The notes under the pieces: model-generated
The model's input: only the letters and a program-made list of their open reading frames with translations
The model's database searches: none
What the model was told of the DNA's origin: nothing
Translations under genes and position numbers: made by a program
Origin: Tubulanus polymorphus
Taxonomy: Eukaryota; Animalia; Nemertea
Direction of reading: 5' to 3'
Assembly (NCBI RefSeq): GCF_964204645.1
Contig: NC_134036.1
Location: forward strand, 3,038,001 to 3,102,000
DNA length: 64,000 bases
In this document: in pieces, positions 38,401 to 50,400 of the stretch
Layout: every line of letters begins with the position of its first letter
Numbering within the stretch: the first letter of the stretch is position 1

Positions 38401-41400
38401 CGTCAGGTCAAATCGTGCTAGCGACGTGTCAATGTGACAGTAACTAAAAGCCATCCGAAAAATAAAACGTTTCTGTCGTCAACATTCATGGCAAATTTTC
38501 ACTTGTGCTGTACCGTGTCCGCTCAATCAGCGATGGCAGTCAATGTCAGAATCGGAAAGCGAGTAAAAGTCAGGTCGTACGATAAAAAGAAAATCGCTTC
38601 ACGTCATCGAGTAGTACAGTGACTACTACCTCCCGCGAGGCGACGACTTACTCTGATCTGCTGATTCAATTATACCAGACTAAGAGAGAACCGCAGAGAC
38701 GTCGTCGACGTTCTTTGACCCATCAAACAACATTCCCACCGCAGGTGATACTTTTAGACGGCTAATTCGATTGCGCGTTGAAAGCCGGCTCGTTATCGAG
38801 ATGGCAGCACCTGCCGGCGTCTATAACGCCGCGGGCAGTCGGTATAATTCGATTCATAGAATCGCACCGAGCCCGACAGAAAAAACCATCATTCACAACC
38901 AGTCCTCAGGCGTTGGTTGCAACTATCGTCTGATTTTATAATTCGATTTTCGCCTTGTCTTGTTTTGTAGACGAACCTTGCCCGCAAGGTGGCACCACCT
39001 GCCGGAAGCAGTGCAAGGGGTCTGTCAAATACGTTTACGGATGCAAGTGCCCGCCAGGACGTTCAGGGCCGACATGTACGAATAAAAGTAAGCTAATTCA
39101 ATAAAAAGATGAAAAGAAAGTTTCAATGATAATGATTCAATACTTTGAATCAATATAATTAGCATGTAAATTTATCGATTTTTTCGTTCCTTTGAAGCTG
39201 GTTGCAAAGAAGAGATCACGACTGACGAAAGCGGCGACATCTATTGGCCAAAGACTCGTCACTCGACCGTGCGCAAGATGCACTGTCCGTTCGGATCGTT
39301 GGCATCGAAACACGGAGGCATGGCGTTCCGTCGATGTACATTAACACCAGACGGCGTTGCTGTCTGGGGTCACCAGTCTACAATCGAGTGCATGCAGGTA
39401 CAAAATTAAGGTCCCATCTTTTTAAACTAGATAGCTCACTAGATGGCGTGGGCTTGATAGCAAGACACATGTGATCATAATTAGTTAACTGTCTTCTAAT
39501 AAGTTAATCATATCGATTCAAGCTTTGCACACAATCTACAATGAGCATTGGTGTCCCACTGTGTACTACTAGCACACCAGGTGGATCGTCAATTGCCATA
39601 GTAGCCTCGCTTCTTAGCCAAGTGTCTATTTGTGGATTTTGCCAATTTGCTAGTAATAAATGAAGGTATTGATTCTAAACATGTGGTAAATGAGCAGCAA
39701 CGTGGGAGAAACTGAATTGTAGTTGATAATTTGTTGGTGTATTATAGATAACCCAGTAGATCATCGGTCTACTGAGATTGTTTAATCCTAATGAACGATG
39801 ATACAAATTGTAGTTATCTAATTATGATACAAACAATCTCTACTTCAGATGGACTTATGCCATAGTTTGAGATTGGCATTCTTCTTAATTTATGATTATT
39901 TCACCTTTCCTTCAGAAAGATGTGTTCGTTGCCGGTAAAGAAATGGCCGAGATACGCGATCTAACCTTAAACCCGGGACACCTGTCGTCTGCGACGATCG
40001 AAGCGATTATCAACTCGATATCGAAGATCGTCGACCTGGCGAAAAAAGATAACGAGGTAAGAAAAACGATTACATCCCCCACGGGAGCAAACAGAACCGG
40101 TGGTTAAAATCCGACATCGCTGAATCCGTATAGCCATCTTTAAAACTTATAGGGAAATACTGTGCGTTTTTGTTTATTAACTTGCTTTGCTTCACGTTGT
40201 TGCAAGTTTGTTTCCCAAGACTATGCGATTGTTCATTGAGCCTAACGATGGGGCCACAGCCTTCGAAAAGTGTTGCCCGCACACTGTAAGCAGGACACAA
40301 AAGCGCTTGTCAGTAAGCACCGACAGTACAGTAAGCAACAGCATCGCACCTTATGCCATGGATAGCTACTTCTTTATTTGCATGACCCAACACGTGGCAA
40401 AGCACCAAAATCCAAGATCTGCATTTCATGTGGAGATAGTTGTTACTGGAACCGACATAACTGAAATGTGAAAATGTAGTGGCACATGCCCTGAATCAAC
40501 TAGCCCTCTTGGGAGCTAGATAATCAACTTGAGGCCAAAGTCACAGTTCCTCGTTTGGAGACATTACAACGAGTCGTTATTTCATTCCGTATCAATTTTA
40601 ATGGTTTCGTTATTTTTCAGATCACGAAGAAAGTTCTGATGATAATGAATAATATAATGGCGGCAAACACGTCGGTTTTAATCGACAGCAAACGGAAAAG
40701 TAACGGACCGGCAAGGTACTGGTAAACATTGTCACGTTTCGTATACTATACCTTCGTTGTCTTATATGGCCATGCCATCAATTGGAACAAACCTATCGTA
40801 GTACGGCAATGCGTCGCCAAAAAGAAAAATACGATTTCACCAAGAACACACATATGGGATGGCAATGCCTTCACCAATGACATACAGTTGTATGGCTATG
40901 CTTTTACTAGGACCTATCATCGTAAGGCTATGCTTTTACCTAGGACCTAGGCATCAACCTGATTCTCTCATCTGTAAATCACTAAACTAGACGAATCAAC
41001 CCCGAATGTCGAAATTTCCCCTTAATTCTATTTTTAGATTACTAGATATCGTGGAACGCTGCCTCCAGCTGACTGATCTTGATATCGTCCGCCAGGCGGC
41101 GTTCTCGTACCCGAACATACGGGCCCAAGTTTTGGTGACGAACACGAAACTGAGCAAGAACTATATCAAATACCAGCCAGCCACTCGAGCTCGTTCACCC
41201 GTCGATCTTACGCCGTCAGAGGTAAGTATTATATGAGGCATGTGTCGGCGCTTATCCCTTCAAATAGATTACCGGTAACGTCTTATCAAGGATAAGACAG
41301 TATTTTCCATTACTGATAAGTGCTTAGCGTGACATCCCTGGTCACTTAATCCACATCAATGTCCATAGCGATGCTTTCTATTAGCGTGTGAACCGGCGGC

Positions 41401-44400
41401 AAGCGACTATTCGTAATATTGGCGTTGAGGCAATGGTTTTCATCAATGTCATCTGATTTGGCGACGTTTTCACGAGAAAGCGATGAACTTACCAATAGAT
41501 CTAATCAAACTGATATAATGAAGAAATTGAACTGACTGAAGTAAAAATGTTTATGAAGGCCAGCTACCCCCTTGCATCGCGATGCCAAACATGGCAAGAA
41601 AGAGGAAGGATTCATCTTATTGTTACACCCAAACTGAAGATACTTTTGCCTACCATTCTTAATTGAAGAAGCACTTCAAGATTAAAATATCTAACACTTT
41701 AGCTTATATACTGTCGGCCAGGGCAAGGATGTTCAAATTAATTCTATAATACTTGACCTTTGTAAGGTGTAAAGGTGTAGGTCAACTACCGCCCACTGAT
41801 CCTCTAATACTTTGGAGTTCCACGACTTAAGACAGTTCATCGATGGCCTGTGGATTAAACTAATTTAAGGGTTCACTTTTAGGGCTAACTTTTTTCAGAG
41901 TACCAAATCCTGTGGAAGGATGAACCAGGAATACCGCTATATCGCATTCTCACAATGTTGGTTAATCTGGAACATGAAGGTGCCCTATCTCAAATAAGAG
42001 TATTATTCGATTTTTCTTAGATTCTACTTTGGTAGGCCTATCGCCTTTAGTTCCGCTATCGACTCTTTACTGTAGCTCTAAGAGGATTTATCTAAAACGG
42101 AGCGAAGGTGTTGTGTTCAAGTCGAAAACCTGAGATAAACGTTTTTCCTAAGTAAACATGTTTCTAAATTAATAGTCTACTCTTGGTCGCGCTTTTATAA
42201 AATCGTCGGTATCATTTTCCCATAAGCTATAAGCCGAACATTATACAGGCACGCGTTCGTAGACTATCTAGCAATAGTTACCAGTCTCGCTTTTAAAGAC
42301 TTAACCGACATCGAAAAAAATGTATAAAGACTTCGACAAATTTGTTGGTGCGACGATTTTCGTAAGAAATTAAGACAACACGAAACAGGCTACGACATAA
42401 CGCATAGCTTCGGGCAGAATGTGGTTAGTCTTCCCGAAATGGATGCTTGTATTTTTCACTCGGCTCGGCAAATAATTCCAGAGTCGTTCAATTAGATCTC
42501 TTTATTCAAATGCCTGGTCAAAACAACAGCTCAGGTCAAACTACCAACTAAGGTTAACTATTGATGGAACACTTACTATAGTTTCCTTCGCTCTGGTTAC
42601 TTAATTCGTCTCTATGTTCTAGGTATAAATATCTCATATTATCGTTAACTCAGTATTTCTGACTATTAGGTTATAGACGAAACGTCGAGTCGATAATTCA
42701 TCAGCTTAATGGAAACTTTTCGGGCTTAATCTTTCTCGTTATATACAATCAGCTTATAGTGTATCAATCACATTGTTTTAGAATTCTATCATTCTATCCC
42801 CTTATGTCTTATATATCGAATGGTAACAAAAACTAGTTATGAAACACAAAGGTGACCGACGATGAGTTGACGATTTGAGCAACAACATGCCATAAAAAAA
42901 TTTTTACACAAACACGACTGACATATACAATTCTACACAAAACAACAAGTTGCTGAATGCGCTGACGTTCGGTAGACGAAGGGTATTTGTCTGATGCTGC
43001 GAAGGCGTCCACTGAATTACCAGACGATCTTCAGGGTGAACCACCTGAATTAATGAATACAGATTAGTTTGACCAGCGATCGGTTGAAAGAAGGCTTGCC
43101 CGGCCGGAGATTTAGCCGGTGGACAAAGTGTCTGGCTGACTAGCCGAGTTTCACCTTCTTAAATTGACAATGATTGGTAAATGGGCTGATGGAACGTATA
43201 TCCTTGGGGGGATGGGGAATAGAAAACATCTCATCCAGAGCTTATTTTCAGACAAATTTGATCCATCAAAGAAAAAAGGTTAATATACTGTTAACATTCA
43301 GGAGGAAAACGGCACCGAAAATAACCTAATCATTTCATTAGCAGGAACGTCAAACACTGATAGATAAATCCAACATGGCGGCCACTGGATAAATACGCTT
43401 AACAAGCCGTAATAAGTTCGAGAGTAAATAACATTAAACCGCAGCCGTCATCGGGACACCGGTCGGGTCTATCGGTACTCGTGGCATCGCTATAACAGTC
43501 TGTAATAAGAAACCCAGTTAGCGTACGTCATAATTGGCTTGTTGCGTTATGATGGCGTAATTGTTCTTGCCGACATTCCGAAAATAGACGGTGTTATTTG
43601 AGACTGCATAAGAAGTTCAGCGGCCTTAAATTCACTTGGAAGGTGTTGGGGAACCACAGCGAAAAGCACCGCGACGCCATTAAAATGTTCATCATATTCA
43701 TAAAATGTCCCCAAAGACCAAGTTTCAAAGACGAATTACCACATTTATGAATCACCAACGACACGATTAACTACCTCAGTGGTTTACAATTAATCTCAAT
43801 ATTCAAGTTTAATTCTGGGCCGATTCGGTTTTCTATATATTCCCTATACAGTAAATATCGATAATGAAAATCAATAATTTAATAAGATTTAATAAATATC
43901 GAAAATAAATATGTTCCTGGAAGCAGAAGAAATTCAAGAATCCCTTTCATGAAATGGCTCAACGTCGGGGATTTTAAGTTTTGTTTTCACTTTTAGATAA
44001 AACTCCCCCGAGAAGTGCTGCCACCTGGTGGCTCGTATACGCGAGTGGTATTCGCCCAGTTGGCCAACAGTAAACTGTTTATTACCGGCGGACCTCAAAC
44101 GCCGGCCGATATGGAACGATACGAGAAACAAGAAGTGATGCTGGCCACTGCGAAAGGAGCCGGTTCGTTGAAAGTTCCGGCTGAATTCACAATCAAAAAT
44201 TATCAGGTAAAAGTTCATCCTCATGACAGAGCCGTACTTAGCTTTTGACTTTTGAACGAAGGGGCACATCTTCACCCGTCAAGTGATTCGAACCCACTAC
44301 GCTAAAGCTGTTCGCCGAACCCCTTGACCTCACGAGTCGTTGGAGTCGTTACTAGCCGACCAGAATCCGGTCGTACCAATCACAGCGCTTGTAACAAACG

Positions 44401-47400
44401 ACTTTAGGCTTCTATAGGTTTTCACGTTAAATAGACCAATCAGCGAACGTTTTACCGAACAAGGAAGTATTTCGCAAATCGATATATGACGTCACGCGCA
44501 ACAGCGCCAGTAATGAAATCACGCTTCGTGAGGCCAGGGGGCTGGTGGAAGCGAGTTCGGGAGTGATACCGGACCCCTGGCAAGCGAGGATGGAAGGGGC
44601 AATGATACCCGAAAAGTTGTATTGGATATAACAATATTTGCAAAAAAGCTAAAATTCTAGTACGAAAATTTTCCCAACTTTTACTCAAATTTTAATTGAA
44701 ATGCAGAAGGAGAATAAAGTACGGTTCGATCATTGCTGAATCCTTGCTTGCCAAAGTAGCGTTGCCAGTACGAACTGAACCTTTTCAAAAAACTATCTTT
44801 TTATTGTCGCAATTCACGATCATTGTTCCATAGAAACTGTAAACCTGTTCAAAATGTATTAAAACATTGTCGCTGTAGACTCTCTCATAAAGTGCCTGAA
44901 CACATAACTTTCATCGTATACCATCGCGTCCTGAGAGCCCTAAAAACACTCGCAAATCTTCACCTCCGTAAAACTGCGCAACTTCCGTATGAAATAGTAT
45001 TCAAAACAGTAGATTTCGTCGGGCCGTAAAACTCAGTTGGAAAATAGAAATTCGACTGCAGTTCGTAAAACCTGACGACCTCAACGACGTCTCCGGGGGG
45101 TCCTAAATAGTTCATTTCATTTCATAGCCGGGTCGTTTGAGGAGTGGAATTTAACTAGATCAATTCGTCGCTGTGGCTACTGCACTAGAATATTCAAACG
45201 GTCTGCGCACGCTCGCTCGCACTGTTGGGGCGCTCTATAAAACACCCGAAGAATATCGTCTAGTTGTCGCCATGTTGATATATTCATCGTATTTTTCAGG
45301 TTCCAGGAAATTACACATGCGTCTATTGGGATCCCGTAGGTAAGAGATAGCGCAAAAAGACGCGAAGACATCATCAGTTTTCTGCATCGAGAGAGTAAAA
45401 CATATTTACCATTAATAGACTGACATGTACATCATGAGTTGGAGGAAGAGCCGTCATTTCAAGAGGCTAAAATGAAATGATACCTTGTTTGCTCCTAATC
45501 GGCCGGGTCATTTTTGTAAACTGCAATAAAATTTGTAATCAGTTGATTTCTATAACTGTCGGGTCTGGTTGTGGTTGGCTTGATTATGATAAAAGGTAAT
45601 GTACAAGATAGAGGTTGCTGGCCGGGTCAACTTTTAAGCTAAGCAGACAGAGAAACAAAGTATCAATTTTAAGCCTCAATATACACGTGTACGTGGGGAT
45701 CACCTGACGATGATCTTTAGTGAGAGTCCGAAACGTCGTGTCCTTTTAATTCTGGATAAATAAAATTCTATTTTAATCTTTGAATTTTTTATCTAGTGGG
45801 TTTCTAAACTTATTAGCAATTCTCCACGTCAAAGTGTACGGGTTATTCTACAATATCTGTCTTGTAGTCTATTCTCTAACAAAAAAAAATATCAATGGTT
45901 CTAGCTCGAGCACTGTTCAGCGCCATTGGGGAACGCAAGGATCCTCTGTTTAACATGTATTTATGCATGTCTTAAACACGAGTCTGAGCCGATTAAATAC
46001 AGACAGTCGCACGAAGGAGCAGCTTACGTTAAAATTGACTTATCGTGTTCTGCTTGCGAGTAATTATTTTTTCTTTCAATGCTGCCGTAGACGACAACGT
46101 GCGATGACATTTGAAATAATAGTTTTTGCGCCGAGCATATATCGAGTGCTGTGGATCGCTGACAGAGCATAAGTCACCACAGAGTGTAGTAATACTGAAC
46201 AGCAATGTTTTCCCCAGGCAAAAAAAAAATGATGTGTCGCGACATGTCCGAAACGGTTTATCAACTGGGAACGTAAAACTAGCATAATCTAAAATCTGGT
46301 CTGGCGGAGCAGCGCTGTGAAGCTTTAGTCATGTTTCCGAATTCAATTCGTAAGCTTTGCATAATGGGCTGCGATGATTCTGAGCTTTGAACGATTAACA
46401 CTGGTCCTTGAAAGTATAGAGACCACTGTTTAGCTGGTCCCTGAATCTATAGAGACCTTGGTTTTTCAAATCGCGGATTGGCATTTCATCGGAAAAATTG
46501 TTATAAGGTATCAACCACTAGATTCACTATAGGGTTGTGTCTATGTGCTCATTTACAGGCGGCCATTGGTCCACGAGGGGCGTAGTAACAGATGCAAGAG
46601 GTACCAATACTACCAAGTGTTTGGCCTATCATTTATCTGCATTTTCATTGATGTTGGTGAGTACAACTAGTACTGAAGCGAGTACAATTACTACTTCACC
46701 GAGTATTATTACTACTTAAAAACATCCGATGGTAAAGTTGCATTAGGAGATTATTTGTATGAAATAATGATCATTTGTAAGGAAATGAACCAGTTTAAAT
46801 TATTCATATCTATTTTAGGATCAATCGCAAGGTCCTGACGTTGGACAACTGACTATGGGTCCGATGACGTCCTTACTATTTGTTGGATGTGGCATTTCAG
46901 CCTTTGGACTGGCTTTCACCCTCCTAACTTATATACTCTTCGGGTAATAAAGATTTATCTTTTAGCAACAAGAAAGACATGTTTCAATCATCAAATTAGA
47001 CTTAATAATTTGCATTCTTGAAAACAGACACCGCGGTCAAAAAGTTCCAATCATCATATTTAACTTAATGATTTGCGTACTTGAAAATAGATGACACGAT
47101 AAAGTTTAATGTATCTAAATGAATTTGCATCTTTATGCGAGTGAGTGCATGGTCTTCTTATTCTTACCGTAATTCACTTAAATATGTAATTTAGTTCGTT
47201 AGAACAGTTGCCACACGCACTGCTTGGTTTTATCTACCCTGCTATTTCATCATAAGAATTATTATTTACCTAGTTATAATTATAAGATTCCGAACAAAGT
47301 ATACCAGAGTAAGACGTGTTTTAGAAATTTGCGTGGGAATCACAAAGTTTGTAAAATTCAATCGAAATCGGAGACACTTTCATAAACACGAATTCGTCAT

Positions 47401-50400
47401 TTTGAGCGAAGGTCGAACCAGAAAATCGTTTCAAATACTTCGTAACTACAAAGTCAAGAACGCACGAGAAGTACTTTCCTCGTTAACTTTTTTCTTATTT
47501 TTCTCATCGACCACTCTATAAACCTCTAGCCCTGATATATCTCCCCATCTTCTGATGAATTCAGGAAGTGGCAAATTTGCAGATAATCAGAGCCCTAGCT
47601 ATAACAGCCGGGTAGCAGTCGAAATGTATTTAGATGGACTGATGATTTGCACCAATTCTATATTTGTTAGGTATACATAGATTCCTGATATCGTAGAAAA
47701 TTCACATATCGGTATAAAATGGTATTCATCGCCGATAGTAATCAGGTTGCTATCATTACAAACTATGAAAACAATTAAGAATTAAGAACGCCATTATTTC
47801 ATGAGGAGAGAATCCCACAATGATAATAAAAAGTCCGAAAATGAAACTTCGAGATAGTAGTTTATTTCAACGTTTCGACTATATCCTAATAGTCATCTTC
47901 AGGAATAATTCCGAAGTTTCATTTTCGGACTTTTTATTATCATTGTGGGATTCTCTCCTCATCGCGTCAACACGGATATAGTGTTCTACCAATCGTGGCC
48001 ATTATTTCATTTATCGTTGCTTTACTCGTTTTTTTTCAGGTGTTTGCGGGCTGAAAAATCCGGTAAAATTCTCATAAATCAATGTTGCGCCATGTTGTTA
48101 CTGAACGCTTCATTCATCGTAGCCATCACCAGTCCGGAATTATTTCCCGGTTCGATTACCTGCACGGTAGCGTCGGCAATGCTGCATTACTGTTTGCTAT
48201 GCGTGTTGACGTGGTTGTGCGTGGAAGCGTTCCACGCACATCGTACGTTAGCGTCGGCGATCAAATATAACGCCGACAGATTCTTGCTGAAAAGATTTCT
48301 TCTGGCCTGGGGTAAGTTTTTAAGAGTAGGTCTAACTAGGTATTCTTAATGGATTTTCAGTAAAATTATGATAAGTTACTAATGACGACCTTCTCATTAG
48401 CAATAAATTCAACAATTCAGTAAAATCATCATGATTAGCTACTAATGGCGACCTTCTCATTCTCGATAATTTCAAAGATTCAGTAAAAGTATGATTAATT
48501 TGGACCTTCTCAGATTATCAACGACTTGGTCAACGTTACTACCGGGTAGCGACGACCAATATACGTCCCCCCACGTCCTGCAGTAAAAGAGAACTGTAAA
48601 ACTAGCTCGATTCATACCAAGTTCACGATGCTGGACGTACTCTTTCCGTGATAAGCTTTGCCTTATTCAGCAAAAAGCAAAAAGCGGACCAATTCAGCGG
48701 TTATTTTTATTCTTATCTCACGCCGAGGAAGATGGTCGTACTGGACTTGCGACCTTTTTGATAAATATGTACAGCGAAGAGCTTACGACATTTGTCATGC
48801 TAATATCGGTAAATCAAACGGCAGTACCCTTTCACCTCAAACAGAAACATGCAGTATGCTACCGATAGAATTTTTGTAGCTGTCCACTCAGTTGCCGGTT
48901 TTTATTCCGATCCTCCTACCGGATACGTGTTATCAGTCGGCGTCTGCTCTATACACACGGCACGCTATTAGAATACTGATGGACGCAATATGCGGACTCG
49001 TTTAACGGCCGAGTCACGTGCGTCCGACAGCAGGAAATGAAAGAAAATGAAAACTGACCAAGTAAACAAAAACCCATCTCTTACTCATTCTGGTAGTGAC
49101 CACAGCAAGTTAATCTCCCCGAAGCGACAGTAGTGCGTGGTTATAACGACAATCCGCTCGCTATCTCCATTACCTTCTGACGAGAGGTCAACAATAGTAA
49201 CCAAAGCGAGAAACTTTCTTGTTTTACCGTAAAGCCAAGTGGTCAGCAGTATGACCAGTGACATAATATCTACTTCTGACAGCCAAGCGACCAAGTGGTC
49301 AACAATAGTAGCCAAGCCGAGAAACTTTCTTTTTTTACCGTAAAGCCAAGTGGTCAGCAGTATGACCAGTGACATAATATCTACTTCTGACAGCCAAGCG
49401 ACCAAGTGGTCAACAATAGTAGCCAATGTGACATACTATCTCTTTCTGAGAGCCAAGTGGTCAACAATAGTAACCAAGGTGACACACTTTCTCTTTCTGA
49501 GCGCTCAGTGGTCAACAATGGTAGCGATAGTGACCCACAGTATCCCCTAAACATCAAGTGGTTAACAGCCATGGTGTCTATAACGAAAATATCATTCACT
49601 TCATCGCGCTCTAGGCGTAGTTAACAAAGATGGTCACAGGGAGTCTTGTACGCGACGCTGTTGCCTTGTGCGACGCATTAGTGGTCAAAAAAGTCGTCTC
49701 CAATTACGACGTCGGTAACGCGTGATAACAACAGGAGACTAGAAGAAAACATCGACGAGTCACGAAAGTAAAGTATAGACAAATATTGGCGAAAAAAAGA
49801 TCAACATCGGAAGAACTACTGGTTGAGTGGAGCGCTGCTGGAAGACGGTGGGCAAAAAAAACATCGCGTTAGATGAAAAGTATAAATTGGAAATAGATGT
49901 GTCTAGACACGAGGCGAGATTGATTTCAAACGTCGAGTCTGAAGTAAGAAAAAAAACACGATAACTTAGACACGATAACGAGACTAGTCGGAAAGTTTGT
50001 TACAGTCAACAAATGGGAGGAAAACTTTAGTAGACAAAGGAACAAACAAAGGTAACGGATGAGAAACCTGATTTTATAAGTTTGACACGAAGTTGAAGAA
50101 ATAAGTGGACGTTACTAGACGTCTACCGAGACGTTTCCAAATTAAAATAAACGATTGGAAAAAAGCTTTTAATTCTTTTTCGGTCAATTAATGAGTGGTA
50201 TAGATATTTGACTACATGACCTTGGAGCAAACAAGGAAAAGCAAATATTCTTAAGTCTCCGCTGAAGCTTGGTTGACATCGGGACGTAAAAACGAAACAT
50301 GTCATGAAACAGGTCTGTAGTCAGCGCATCAAATAAACATTACGATGAGAAAAAAAGGATCGTCGACAAAATGAAAGGAAACATTGACGAATCTACAGTA

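Noticed and set aside
42960-43040. Additional hammerhead-like motifs (also near 21650 and 33835)
   Set aside because: Only half of the core is present, or GAAA/stem II is missing.
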